Of a DNA stretch of 52,277 nucleotides, positions 22,458 to 32,070 are shown piece by piece (within the stretch, counting starts at the first letter, position 1; each line of letters begins with the position of its first letter). Location: IMG/VR virus record IMGVR_UViG_3300020172_002521, positions 1-52,277 of that record. One strand, given 5' to 3'. A program made the position numbers and the translations under genes. A model generated the notes under the pieces. The model did not search any database, was not told the origin of the DNA, and saw only the letters and a list, made by a program, of their open reading frames with translations. The DNA is from a virus (Duplodnaviria; Caudoviricetes).

Positions 22458-22536
22458 GGTTTTGTTCCGTAAATGAGAAGCCCTTGTGTGCTTTTCTTAT
22501 ATTTAGCACACAAGGGCGTCTACGATGCAGGAACAA

Positions 22537-23127
22537 TTATTCGGGTCGTTTATCTACAATTTGATCAATTAATCCGTATTCAAGTGCTTCTGTAGCATCC
22601 ATAAAGAAATCACGTTCCATATCAGCACTTAATTGTTCAAAAGTTTTACCTTTACTGTTGTGATTTACATAGATCTGAGTCAATTCACGCTTCATTTTCA
22701 GTATCTCTTTGACCTGAATTTCCATGTCTGTAGCCTGTCCGCGAGCACCACCGCTGGGTTGATGAATCATATGTCGGGCATAGGGCAACATATAGCGTTT
22801 ACCCTTAGTACCGGCTTGTGCCAGTAAACTGCCCATTGAGCAGGCCTGACCCATAACATAAGTGCAGATATCTGGTTTGATAAACTGCATGGTATCATAA
22901 ATGCTCATACCTGCGGTTACAACACCGCCTGGGCTGTTAATATAAAAATGAATGTCTTTTTCACTGTCTTGACTCTCCAAATGTAGCAACTGTGCTACAA
23001 TTAGGTTGGCAGAATGGTCATCGACACCACCATTAAGAAACACAATACGTTCATTGAGCAATCGACTGAAAATGTCGAAGGCACGTTCACCTGTACTTGT
23101 TTTTTCAATTACCATTGGTACTAACAT
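22537..23127 (-). CDS. clpP: ATP-dependent Clp protease proteolytic subunit
   Basis: [23 protein letters not shown] (Ser), HQPSGG (His) and ERDFF (Asp). Confidence 0.95.
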   Translation of the reverse strand: MLVPMVIEKTSTGERAFDIFSRLLNERIVFLNGGVDDHSANLIVAQLLHLESQDSEKDIHFYINSPGGVVTAGMSIYDTMQFIKPDICTYVMGQACSMGSLLAQAGTKGKRYMLPYARHMIHQPSGGARGQATDMEIQVKEILKMKRELTQIYVNHNSKGKTFEQLSADMERDFFMDATEALEYGLIDQIVDKRPE

Positions 23128-23138
23128 TTTTTTCCTTT

Positions 23139-23495
23139 TTAAGTTTTAATTCTTTCGGGTATTTTACTATCTTTAATAGTTTTCAGTAAAATACGATTGC
23201 GTTCGTCTTGTTCTTTGCGAGCACGTTTCTTTTCATCGCTTAGTCGTAGCATCATATCGTATTCACGGGCCCATCGTACACCGTGTAGCCAAGTTTCCAA
23301 CCCTTCTAAGGTACCAACAAACAATTCAGCATCGCGACTGTAAATAGGCAAGCTATCGGCATCCTTTGGTACAAGACTGAGGCTTTGTTCTTGACGTTCC
23401 CAATCTCCGTGTTTGGGCTGTTTAAATTTAAATCCGAGTTTATCAACTTCGACTTCAAGTCTACGAACTCTTTGAATTGTGTTCCAACCAGCCAT
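23139..23495 (-). CDS. hypothetical protein
   Basis: 118-aa ORF downstream of a consensus promoter. Confidence 0.7.
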   Translation of the reverse strand: MAGWNTIQRVRRLEVEVDKLGFKFKQPKHGDWERQEQSLSLVPKDADSLPIYSRDAELFVGTLEGLETWLHGVRWAREYDMMLRLSDEKKRARKEQDERNRILLKTIKDSKIPERIKT

Positions 23496-23525
23496 TATGA
23501 TCTTTCTAAAAGTTAATGTTAAATT

Positions 23526-23555
23526 ATTTTAACATTGTTTATGGCATCTTGTCAA
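23526..23555 (-). promoter_or_regulatory. sigma70-type promoter
   Basis: TTGACA-N18-TAAAAT with extended -10 TG. Confidence 0.6.
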
Positions 23556-23556
23556 C

Positions 23557-23694
23557 TTATATGAGTAAATTATTAATAACATCTATAGCCGTACGTACTA
23601 GGTCTACATCTATTCTCATTCTTTGAGAAATTTCTAAAGGGTTAAGACCACGTTCTAATAATTCTCTAACTTGGTTTATTATGGTAACTTTCAT
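23557..23694 (-). CDS. small HTH-like protein
   Basis: Hand-translated MKVTIINQVRELLERGLNPLEISQRMRIDVDLVRTAI...; AAGGTG SD. Confidence 0.5.
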   Translation of the reverse strand: MKVTIINQVRELLERGLNPLEISQRMRIDVDLVRTAIDVINNLLI

Positions 23695-23738
23695 GATAGC
23701 ACCTTTATACTATATAACGTTATAGCCCTGGCATTGGA

Positions 23739-23975
23739 CTAATACATTTGTCCATTCACACTCTGTTCTGGACGATTTACATTGACCTTAGCCTGTACAC
23801 AAGTACCTTCAATAGTTCCAATTTTTGCTCGACTTTTTTTGGCTATTTTGATTATCTGTTCTCGCTGTTCTATTACAACCTGTTGACATTCTGCTTCGGA
23901 TAAAAAATACCAATCCTTTTGCATAAACTCACAATTGGCATTCAAACACACCCATAATACAGGTATAAAAATCAT
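23739..23975 (-). CDS. hypothetical protein
   Basis: 78 aa, Cys-containing; AAGGA SD. Confidence 0.6.
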   Translation of the reverse strand: MIFIPVLWVCLNANCEFMQKDWYFLSEAECQQVVIEQREQIIKIAKKSRAKIGTIEGTCVQAKVNVNRPEQSVNGQMY

Positions 23976-23984
23976 ATAATTTCC

Positions 23985-24248
23985 TTAACTAAACACAAAC
24001 ATCCAAGACAAAACTAAAATATCTAACATTAGTAAAGTCATGATTACAATCAATGCATCTAGTATAAAGACACCAGGGGGCTTCGGAATATGATGTTTTG
24101 TCCGACCACGTCCTAGAGGTTTTACTGTGGCTGCACCTAAATGCAAATCTTTAGCTGGTATAACCATGTTTAGCTCGGGTGCAGGTATTGGCTCGTCAGG
24201 CATGTCCGGTAAATCAAGGTTATCTAAATCGTCAACCGGCTTGTTCAT
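23985..24248 (-). CDS. hypothetical membrane protein
   Basis: C-terminal hydrophobic helix; ATGA coupling. Confidence 0.6.
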   Translation of the reverse strand: MNKPVDDLDNLDLPDMPDEPIPAPELNMVIPAKDLHLGAATVKPLGRGRTKHHIPKPPGVFILDALIVIMTLLMLDILVLSWMFVFS

Positions 24249-25417
24249 TTGAATACCTTCAAAATCATAATGTCTGCGTTCATACGTCCATTAAGCATAG
24301 TCTCGGTGGCTTTGATCTTTTGGAACCAAGTTTCAATACGCTTCTGAGTATTTTGTTCTTTGAATTCTTTTAACTGTACATCTGGTTTACGCAGAGTCTT
24401 TTGGAAACTCTTTTCAGTAAAGTCAATGATACTGGTACCTTTAACATTTAAACCAGCACTGGTTTTACTAATGTAGACACCAATTTTACGAGTCTTGCTG
24501 TTGTAAACTACAGCACCCTGTGCGCCAATTAAACCAGCGGCAGGCACAGACACCACACCCAATTTATCGTCAATAGTTTTGAACTTCAACTTCTTAACCA
24601 ATTCCTCTGCAGGTTTAGCCTTCTTAGCACGTGGCTTCTTAAGTACTTTAGCTTCCTGCGTAATCTGCTCACAAGCAGCCATAATACTTTCGTAGAAGTC
24701 AATTAATTTTTTGACATTCTTGCGAGGTTGATGTTTGTAACCTTCACGTAGTTGTTCGTCGGCATTGCCGCTAGCAAGCTCATGAAGTTCGTCCATACTA
24801 CGTTGATAGAAGCTCTTAATATAACGAGCCTGTGCGGCTTTGGCACCTTTACCACGCAACAGACTGACCATTTTAAATGCCTTTGGATCAAATGCTTCTG
24901 CATCAATAATCCAGTTATCAATAGCCAAATCAATTTCTTCAGTCATCTGTCCTGCTTGCTCACGGATACGATCTTGAATGTTATAGACCTGTGCAGGAGT
25001 TTTAATAACTTTGGTTTCTTTTTCTTCAGCAACTTCATCGTTCTTGCCTTGTGCAGTAACATCGGAAATTTCTTTGCGTAACCAATCTGCAGAGTTACGT
25101 CCTTTATTAAATCCAGGATGGGATTCAGGCATACCTTTGATTAAGCAGGCTGCAATAGCACCCATGGTCAAACCGCAACGGCTATCGGCAGTTTGTTTAA
25201 ATGATTGGATATCGTTTTTATTGTAACCGTTACGGCCCATCCAATCAATAACTTTGGGCTTGAGTTCTTTACCGCTGGATTCCAAACGGTAGTATTTTAA
25301 TGCTTCGCGAAAGTATGCAGTAAACTTCTCGCCGTCCCAGGATTCTGCACCATCCCATTTTGGACTATAGTCACGCTTTTGATTATTTCTTGCTGTTGTT
25401 AGTGCTTTAGTGGCCAT
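24245..25417 (-). CDS. hypothetical protein (basic C-terminus)
   Basis: 390-aa ORF with GGAG SD behind a perfect promoter. Confidence 0.8.
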   Translation of the reverse strand: MATKALTTARNNQKRDYSPKWDGAESWDGEKFTAYFREALKYYRLESSGKELKPKVIDWMGRNGYNKNDIQSFKQTADSRCGLTMGAIAACLIKGMPESHPGFNKGRNSADWLRKEISDVTAQGKNDEVAEEKETKVIKTPAQVYNIQDRIREQAGQMTEEIDLAIDNWIIDAEAFDPKAFKMVSLLRGKGAKAAQARYIKSFYQRSMDELHELASGNADEQLREGYKHQPRKNVKKLIDFYESIMAACEQITQEAKVLKKPRAKKAKPAEELVKKLKFKTIDDKLGVVSVPAAGLIGAQGAVVYNSKTRKIGVYISKTSAGLNVKGTSIIDFTEKSFQKTLRKPDVQLKEFKEQNTQKRIETWFQKIKATETMLNGRMNADIMILKVFK

Positions 25418-25448
25418 TATTGCTCCAATGTGCTGTTTCTATGTATTA

Positions 25449-25477
25449 ATTATACAGCTTTTTTGGACTGTTGTCAA
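25449..25477 (-). promoter_or_regulatory. consensus sigma70 promoter
   Basis: TTGACA-N17-TATAAT. Confidence 0.85.
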
Positions 25478-25494
25478 GAGTCGGTTTTACCAAT

Positions 25495-26052
25495 TTACTC
25501 ATTATCGGGCCATTCTATAGGAACCCAACCCAATTTTTTCAAATCTTCTCGGATTTCGTCAGTGACTGTGCCTTCTGGAACGTAACCAGTGCTAGCTGCC
25601 CATTCTTTGGGATCGGTATCGTAATCTGATAGTCCGCCCATTCCACTGCAATACCAATCTATATAATCGCCTTTGACCTGCATATCGGCAATGATACCAC
25701 CGCTGTGGCGCCAACTGCAACTCCACCGTTCCTCTTTAAGGATAGGCATTACATCTAATTTTTGGAACTGCATGTTACACATGGCCGCATAGAGATTTTG
25801 GGCATACTTATCGCTGTTGCGAACTTTATCCAACATCCATTGGGTTGTACGTAGATCGTACTCCATGTTGTTTTTCTTCCAATCTTCGGTCAGTTCTTGT
25901 GCCATAATTTCTCTGTACCATTTATTATATACATCAATTGATTGTTGGGCATCAATTTTACTCTTTTCAGAACTTTCTGGATTAGCCAGTATTTCTAGAT
26001 GCCTAGTAAGTTGGAAATTTCCACGCTCAGGACTCTTACTAATTTCGGTCAT
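25495..26052 (-). CDS. hypothetical protein
   Basis: 185 aa; YAQNLYAAMCN, WSCSWR and YIDWYCSG motifs, function not recognised. Confidence 0.75.
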   Translation of the reverse strand: MTEISKSPERGNFQLTRHLEILANPESSEKSKIDAQQSIDVYNKWYREIMAQELTEDWKKNNMEYDLRTTQWMLDKVRNSDKYAQNLYAAMCNMQFQKLDVMPILKEERWSCSWRHSGGIIADMQVKGDYIDWYCSGMGGLSDYDTDPKEWAASTGYVPEGTVTDEIREDLKKLGWVPIEWPDNE

Positions 26053-26264
26053 TTACAAGTTTCTAGATATTCATGTAATCGTTTTACTGCTTCGTCAAAA
26101 TCCACTGCTAGCACTTTGGCTTCTAGTGTCTTTCCGACTATTTCAATATCAAACGGAACAACACCATTGAATCGAAAATCTTCAGGCAATTCTGTAACTA
26201 CTATAAATTCGCTTAAATTTTTTGCTCTAAAAATTAAATTGTTTGCTTTTTCTACTGAGTTCAT
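26049..26264 (-). CDS. hypothetical protein
   Basis: 71 aa; ATGA-coupled on both sides. Confidence 0.7.
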   Translation of the reverse strand: MNSVEKANNLIFRAKNLSEFIVVTELPEDFRFNGVVPFDIEIVGKTLEAKVLAVDFDEAVKRLHEYLETCK

Positions 26265-26644
26265 TGTTCCTCCAAACTTAGTGGACCGTGAAACCAGGTT
26301 TCTGTATCAGTTTGACTCCATCCTTCACTTTCCCAAGCATCGTATGCATCTTCGTCCCAAAGTTCGTCCATGCGTTCACGTTCTTCGTCATCCATGTCTT
26401 TAGGATATTCTACCTCGGCCCAGCAACCGTCATCTAAACTATCAAGTTCGAAATCATAGCCACTATCAAATACACTAAGACCTTCTGGATTTTCTAAATT
26501 GATATCAGGCTTCTCATCGCTTTCGCAATAGACTTTGCCCCAACGAAAACCTGTTTTGCGTTTGATAGTTTTGCCGTCTTTGGTCCAAAACTCAATTTCT
26601 TCAACGCTTTTCTTTTCAATAGTTGTAAGAACCCATGTTGCCAT
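26261..26644 (-). CDS. acidic hypothetical protein
   Basis: 127 aa, D/E/W-rich; AAGGAG SD. Confidence 0.75.
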   Translation of the reverse strand: MATWVLTTIEKKSVEEIEFWTKDGKTIKRKTGFRWGKVYCESDEKPDINLENPEGLSVFDSGYDFELDSLDDGCWAEVEYPKDMDDEERERMDELWDEDAYDAWESEGWSQTDTETWFHGPLSLEEQ

Positions 26645-26654
26645 GATTTACTCC

Positions 26655-26846
26655 TTAGTTGTCCAATTCCATCGAGGTCCACTCTTTGACCACTGCCATC
26701 ATTTCTTCTTCAGTGCCGCAGAGAATCTTTGCAGTTTTCCAATCGTTCTCACTATCACGGCCGCCGACTTCTACCATGAAGCCATTGTCGTAACGATTAA
26801 CTGTAATTGATTCGTTTACTTTTGCTAGTTTCTTTAATTTTACCAT
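26655..26846 (-). CDS. hypothetical protein
   Basis: 63 aa; AAGGAG SD. Confidence 0.7.
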   Translation of the reverse strand: MVKLKKLAKVNESITVNRYDNGFMVEVGGRDSENDWKTAKILCGTEEEMMAVVKEWTSMELDN

Positions 26847-26858
26847 TTGCTTTCTCCT

Positions 26859-27068
26859 TTAAATTCTATCACTTAATAATATCCTGCACATAAATGCATC
26901 ACGCTTGTCTTTGAACGTGAAGGTCATAAAGTCAGTACTTGGGGTATAAACAAACCTGTGTCCAGGTAATCCAAATACCCCTAGTACCATAGCACAGGTT
27001 TCGTTCCACCATTGGTCTCCCCGACTAGGAGTCCAATCTACAATAACTTCGTTGTCGCTGGGGCTCAT
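26859..27068 (-). CDS. hypothetical protein
   Basis: ATGA-coupled ORF ending FTFKDKRDAFMCRILL. Confidence 0.65.
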   Translation of the reverse strand: MSPSDNEVIVDWTPSRGDQWWNETCAMVLGVFGLPGHRFVYTPSTDFMTFTFKDKRDAFMCRILLSDRI

Positions 27069-27913
27069 GTCCATAAACTATTGCGAACTTTGATAAGACG
27101 GATCATCATAGCTTCATCTTCTTTAGCGTAATCTGCTTCTATTTTTTGCAATAGTTTATGTGCTTTATTGCTCATCTTTTTAAGTTCGGGAGTTTTATCA
27201 GCATTTAAACTGCCCCAAAGACTTCCGCCGTTGGCCTCGCGACTAGCATCGCAATAAGCACTCCAGCCACTTGCGTCATGTGGGTCTGGACGATTACGAT
27301 AGGTAACAGTCCACCATGTGTACAAGTCTAAAATTTCCTGTGCCCCAATTGCCTGCGGTGTTGGCTTTCCGTATTTAGGATCATCAGCACCAATCCATTC
27401 GTCATCATATTTGAGATTACGTTGCCATTCTAGGTTATCAAGACCTGCTTGCGGGCAACGCCATGTGCGTATACGCCACCAGCCCGCAGCCCACCAAGGC
27501 ATATTATACTTGGCACGTTTTTCTTCGCCTTCCCAAACTAGGTGCCACCATGCAAGTTCGATTTCAACAAAGTCCACAAGCTCATTAAACAAGCATGGCA
27601 AAAACCTATTGCCCACGTCACTCCAACTACCGGGACTGATATCGCGAGGGTGGGCAGTAAGAGCATGAGACTTAGTAATCCACCGATTGTTGACATAATA
27701 TTTGATATCATAAAGTTTCCTTACAGGCCAAGTTACAAAGTCTTGTAGATGTCCGAGACCTTCTTCAGCAATCCACCAACGGATAGGAAAGTCTCGTTTG
27801 GCACGAGTTTCCCATTCCTGCCATTGCTCGCTAGTACCTACTTTGAGTTTAGTAGTACCGCGAATCCAATCTGCAAATTTACTGCAACTCCAATAGTGTG
27901 TATGCTGTGCCAT
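27065..27913 (-). CDS. Trp-rich hypothetical protein
   Basis: 282 aa; AGGAG SD; consensus promoter upstream. Confidence 0.8.
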   Translation of the reverse strand: MAQHTHYWSCSKFADWIRGTTKLKVGTSEQWQEWETRAKRDFPIRWWIAEEGLGHLQDFVTWPVRKLYDIKYYVNNRWITKSHALTAHPRDISPGSWSDVGNRFLPCLFNELVDFVEIELAWWHLVWEGEEKRAKYNMPWWAAGWWRIRTWRCPQAGLDNLEWQRNLKYDDEWIGADDPKYGKPTPQAIGAQEILDLYTWWTVTYRNRPDPHDASGWSAYCDASREANGGSLWGSLNADKTPELKKMSNKAHKLLQKIEADYAKEDEAMMIRLIKVRNSLWT

Positions 27914-27931
27914 GTTATCTCCTATGTACTT

Positions 27932-27960
27932 ATTATACAGTTAAATCTTAACTTTGTCAA
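27932..27960 (-). promoter_or_regulatory. consensus sigma70 promoter
   Basis: TTGACA-N17-TATAAT. Confidence 0.85.
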
Positions 27961-28249
27961 ATCTCAAATAATACTCACTGAGCTTTTTCTTTTCCAATTC
28001 GGCAATGATAACAAATTGCCATCCCCAACTAACGGCATCAACGTTTTTTTGCCAAATTGGTGTTTCGATAGCATGTTCTAATATAAATTTGCCCGCATCG
28101 CTATCTTGCCATTCACTCAAAGGCTGAGCTGCATACAAGTCTGGATCTTCTACGTCGCCCATTCGAAATGTATGAACAACTACTTTATGTATTTCTTTTA
28201 CTATGCGTTGACCATCTTCGTCAACGTATTCGTATCTTACCTTCCCCAT
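27941..28249 (-). CDS. hypothetical protein
   Basis: 102 aa; MGDVEDPDLYAAQP motif. Confidence 0.7.
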   Translation of the reverse strand: MGKVRYEYVDEDGQRIVKEIHKVVVHTFRMGDVEDPDLYAAQPLSEWQDSDAGKFILEHAIETPIWQKNVDAVSWGWQFVIIAELEKKKLSEYYLRFDKVKI

Positions 28250-28545
28250 ACCAAATAATATACCGTTAAAAATTTTTCAGCATCTCGTTTATATTTGAAT
28301 GTCCAAATATTCCATGCTTGTCTTGAGCAATTTTCCTGCCCTTCTAATTTTTCAGTTATCCATTTAACCTGTTCATCTAAGCCGGAACTAGGGTAATAAT
28401 TACCTGCATCGTCTTGTGATGAATAATCTTCAAAGACGGTCAAGTTCCATTTCTTACTCTTGGATTTTACAATTACCGCGTTAATCTTAACTTGATGCGA
28501 CTTAGCCCAACCTGTCATTACCTGTTCAAGAGTTGATGTTGTCAT
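28237..28545 (-). CDS. hypothetical protein
   Basis: 102 aa ending WTFKYKRDAEKFLTVYYLVW. Confidence 0.65.
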   Translation of the reverse strand: MTTSTLEQVMTGWAKSHQVKINAVIVKSKSKKWNLTVFEDYSSQDDAGNYYPSSGLDEQVKWITEKLEGQENCSRQAWNIWTFKYKRDAEKFLTVYYLVWGR

Positions 28546-29047
28546 TCTTTTTACGCTTTGTAAATGTTCGTTTTTTGCTGGGATGTTTTCCTGCAGGACG
28601 GGGGTTTAAATTAAAAGGTTGATGCTTTTCACGTTCTGCACGTTCCAAGGCAGCGTGTATTTGTTCCGGAGTTGGGTCGTCAATAGAGCCCATACCATCA
28701 TGTCCGTCACTGTCAAAATTGTCATTGTATAGTACAGGATCTATTGTGCCGTCAGGTAATGTAATGCCAATCTTTTTCAGCATACGTTTTGCCTGAGAAA
28801 CTTTTTCTTTGTGATACCTGAATAAATTAATAGGACCTTGAGCATCTGGACTAATTTGATCAAAGTCTCGTACTTCATAAACATCATCAATACCAGTTTT
28901 AATTTCTACAACGTATAGTTCGTGACCAAGACGATGATTTTCTTTTAAATGGTCTAAGGTAATAATTTCAACTACACGACCTTCAGTAAGTGTCCGTTCA
29001 CCGATGTGAATCCAAACTTTGTCTTTTATGTTATATTCTTTTTTCAT
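28526..29047 (-). CDS. hypothetical protein
   Basis: 173 aa; ATGA coupling. Confidence 0.7.
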   Translation of the reverse strand: MKKEYNIKDKVWIHIGERTLTEGRVVEIITLDHLKENHRLGHELYVVEIKTGIDDVYEVRDFDQISPDAQGPINLFRYHKEKVSQAKRMLKKIGITLPDGTIDPVLYNDNFDSDGHDGMGSIDDPTPEQIHAALERAEREKHQPFNLNPRPAGKHPSKKRTFTKRKKNDNINS

Positions 29048-29403
29048 AATATTAGTAAGGCATAGATAATGCCTATATATGTTAGTTGGTGAAGCATTTG
29101 ATCAAATCCTAGATGATGCCAAAACTTTTTGTTAGTGATATCTTTCTCGCCGTATCGCATTTTAATAAAGTCGATATGATAGTGAATTACAAAGTCAACA
29201 AATGCTAGTATTATTGCCCATTCGATAGGAGTAAACAGCATCAGTATAACTACGCTGGCAAATCCGTGCCATAGACTGTGCTCAAGTCCGTCATTGTGTC
29301 CGTAATGACCTTTATATTTGATCATATCGTCAGTTTGATAAACAAAGTCAATTAACCAATGTTTAATCTGTAGCAGGACCAGTAGTATCAGTATTTCAAT
29401 CAT
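29044..29403 (-). CDS. DUF3307-like membrane protein
   Basis: KHWLIDFVYQ, HSLWHG, HYHIDF and GFDQMLH motifs in hydrophobic helices. Confidence 0.75.
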   Translation of the reverse strand: MIEILILLVLLQIKHWLIDFVYQTDDMIKYKGHYGHNDGLEHSLWHGFASVVILMLFTPIEWAIILAFVDFVIHYHIDFIKMRYGEKDITNKKFWHHLGFDQMLHQLTYIGIIYALLIL

Positions 29404-30389
29404 AGACTTTTATAAAGATCGCTAGAATACCAGCGAATAGCATCTTTGACTATTGACCGGGAATCGCTCATCTTCGGCTCCCATCCTAACACTGTTTTGG
29501 CTTTGGTAATATCTGCATAGTTGATAGGAATGTCACCGGGCCTGCGTGATCCAATTTTGATCAACAGTGCTTCGTCCATTTGATCTTGATATTCGTTGAC
29601 TATTTCTAATACACTTTTACCGGCCCCTGCACCAATATTAAATTGGTCAGTTTTGCCATCTGCTTCAAGATATTTCAAAGCATTAACATGTGCGGCTGCA
29701 ATATCCCAGACATGAGTAAAGTCACGAACAGCACTGCCGTCTGGAGTAGTATAGTCAACACCATTAATTGTGAAGTCATTACCGGTATCATATGCTTTTT
29801 GTATACTAGGAATAAGATGAGTGGGACGTTCTCTAAATTCACCCAATGTGCCGTCTGGCCAAGCACCACTGGCATTAAAATATCTCAAACTAACTGATTT
29901 GATTCCGTAGGCAATTTCTGCATCACGTAGCATATATTCTGCAGTCAGTTTACTAGCACCATAACTGGTTGCAGGATTTTTTGAGTAATGCTCTTTAGTA
30001 GGCAGTTGACTAGGATCAATTTCACCATATACACTGGAAGTAGATGAAAATATAATTTTTCCAATACCTTCCCAATTAGCAAATTGTATAATCTGCCTTG
30101 TTCCATTAATGTTGTTATCGTAATAAGTTAGCGGATGAGTTACACTAGGGCCCACTTCTGAACTAGCGGCTAAATGTATAATAGCTGAAATTCTATGTTT
30201 AAGAGCAATAGCATTTAGTATGTTAGCATCCCGAATATCGCCTTGATACGCACGACATTCTGGATGTGCCCATAATCTGCTATCGGCACGGAGGTCAACA
30301 ACCACAGGCTGATAACCATGTTCAATTAACATTCTGACTACATGGCTACCTACGTAACCACTGCCACCTGTAACTAAAACTTGAGTCAA
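29400..30389 (-). CDS. galE: UDP-glucose 4-epimerase
   Basis: VLVTGGSGYVGSH, YGASK (YxxxK), LRYFNASGA, TPDGSAVRDFTHV and RRPGD. Confidence 0.9.
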   Translation of the reverse strand: MTQVLVTGGSGYVGSHVVRMLIEHGYQPVVVDLRADSRLWAHPECRAYQGDIRDANILNAIALKHRISAIIHLAASSEVGPSVTHPLTYYDNNINGTRQIIQFANWEGIGKIIFSSTSSVYGEIDPSQLPTKEHYSKNPATSYGASKLTAEYMLRDAEIAYGIKSVSLRYFNASGAWPDGTLGEFRERPTHLIPSIQKAYDTGNDFTINGVDYTTPDGSAVRDFTHVWDIAAAHVNALKYLEADGKTDQFNIGAGAGKSVLEIVNEYQDQMDEALLIKIGSRRPGDIPINYADITKAKTVLGWEPKMSDSRSIVKDAIRWYSSDLYKSL

Positions 30390-30544
30390 CTTACTTTGGC
30401 CTCTTTGGCTTCTAGCAATTCTTTGACGAATTTTAGAGCTTTGCGAGTAGTGTCATAGACATATTCTCGTTCATCATTTTCTTCATCACGAAGTACAATG
30501 ATGATGCCATTTTCTACTTTACGCAATTCAATACTTTCGAACAT
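30386..30544 (-). CDS. small hypothetical protein
   Basis: Hand-translated 52-aa ORF MFESIELRKVENGIIIVLRD...; TTGA overlap with the galE start. Confidence 0.6.
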   Translation of the reverse strand: MFESIELRKVENGIIIVLRDEENDEREYVYDTTRKALKFVKELLEAKEAKVS

Positions 30545-30558
30545 GGTTCGCCTTTCGG

Positions 30559-31269
30559 TTATTTTGGAACACTTAAATTATAGTTAAAGTGGAAGATACC
30601 AATGTGTGCAACTTCACGACTTAACTCCTGATCACACCAAACTTCATAACCTGCTTTCTGAGCCTGCTGGCAGAAGAAAATATCTTCACCAATTTCTAGA
30701 TTTAACTCTGGAATGTACTCTTGCAGATAATGAGGTTGGGGAATTTTTTCATATACTGAACGATGTACCATAACCAAACCGTGCGGTAGTACGTCAATTA
30801 ACTCCATTGGAGGGCTATCGTCTCTAGTTTCAAACTCTGTAAACTTTCCACTAGTTCCTCTCATACCTGTAAAGTTAGGGTTAGGAAAACGGCGTCTACG
30901 ATAGTTAGCACCAACAATTGGCTTGTTGCGTTTTAGTAAACGGATTGGAGCATCAATCGGAAACTTCATATCACTATCGACCCAAAAGATGTAATCAAAA
31001 TCACTCTTCATAAAGATGTCTACTAGATTACGTCGAGCAATAGTGATAACTGATCCAATGTTAAATGCACAGTTGATCTTAATACCGTTGGCGACCATAT
31101 TAGCAGCCGCCATGGCTAGATGCTGTGCAAATTCTGCATTGACCATTTCCATTGCTGGGACAGCGATCATCACTGAAGGTGATTTGCCCTGTGGCTGTTG
31201 TACTTGGGGTGCAGCCGCCGCAGGTTTATTTTGAGCAGGCCGCACATTGAACTTTGGTTTGTTTTTCAT
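30559..31269 (-). CDS. GT-A fold (GT2-like) glycosyltransferase
   Basis: ARRNLV, FWVDSDM (DxD), GEDIFFC and VAHIG. Confidence 0.8.
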   Translation of the reverse strand: MKNKPKFNVRPAQNKPAAAAPQVQQPQGKSPSVMIAVPAMEMVNAEFAQHLAMAAANMVANGIKINCAFNIGSVITIARRNLVDIFMKSDFDYIFWVDSDMKFPIDAPIRLLKRNKPIVGANYRRRRFPNPNFTGMRGTSGKFTEFETRDDSPPMELIDVLPHGLVMVHRSVYEKIPQPHYLQEYIPELNLEIGEDIFFCQQAQKAGYEVWCDQELSREVAHIGIFHFNYNLSVPK

Positions 31270-31331
31270 AGGTTCCTTTTATTCTATTCTTGTAATTATC
31301 TTATTATAGCTATGGATAACAGCGTTCTTGA

Positions 31332-31928
31332 TTATCGTTGAGTCTGTTGTAGAACTTCTGAGGCAGTTTCGTCCAAAGACTTACCTCCAACTCGTCCTTG
31401 CAGTTTTACCTGCTTGCTTTGATCGTAAAGGTCTGCCATGGCTTTGACATCTTCTTTAGTGATCTTCAGCATAACAAATGCACGATAGTTATTCAATTCT
31501 GGATTGTAGATAACCATTTTCTTTTCAACACCGTAGGTGCGAACAACACTTTCGGCAATCAAATTAACAATTACATCTTGTGCTTGGGAGTTAGCAGAAG
31601 GACGATCAACAGGACCACGTTCGTCTAAACGCATAGTAGTACGATTATTCATTTCACCGTTAACACGGTCAGCAATTTTAGCTTTGGCTTTGAGCGTGGC
31701 CTTTTTCATAGCCATTTCCATACTAGGGCTCACGTCTTCTGCAACAGCATAATACATACCTTCTCGATCCCAGGGCTTGTACCATGCCTTTTGTTGAGTA
31801 CCAACATCGTCATGTTCGAGATACCAAGTAGGTACAGTCTTTTTCTCAATATTTTCTGTCTGCACAGTGGTCATTGACGAACAGGCAGTCAGTGCTAGGA
31901 TAGCAGTAACTAGGGCAATTTTTTTCAT
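31332..31928 (-). CDS. lipoprotein (LPP20-like)
   Basis: Lipobox LTAC; VPTWY...AMKKATLKAKAKIA. Confidence 0.7.
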   Translation of the reverse strand: MKKIALVTAILALTACSSMTTVQTENIEKKTVPTWYLEHDDVGTQQKAWYKPWDREGMYYAVAEDVSPSMEMAMKKATLKAKAKIADRVNGEMNNRTTMRLDERGPVDRPSANSQAQDVIVNLIAESVVRTYGVEKKMVIYNPELNNYRAFVMLKITKEDVKAMADLYDQSKQVKLQGRVGGKSLDETASEVLQQTQR

Positions 31929-32053
31929 TTTGTGGTCTCCTGAATAATAACTTTGGTTTGATCTACAGCACGGTCACCAATTTTAGCAACTCCTGAAAAT
32001 CCGATAGTAGAGACAGCAATACCAAAAATTGTGCCTATAATAAAGTTTGTCAT
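31925..32053 (-). CDS. small membrane protein
   Basis: Hand-translated MTNFIIGTIFGIAVSTIGFSGVAK...; GAGG SD. Confidence 0.55.
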   Translation of the reverse strand: MTNFIIGTIFGIAVSTIGFSGVAKIGDRAVDQTKVIIQETTK

Positions 32054-32070
32054 GTTTTCCTCTCTGTGTA

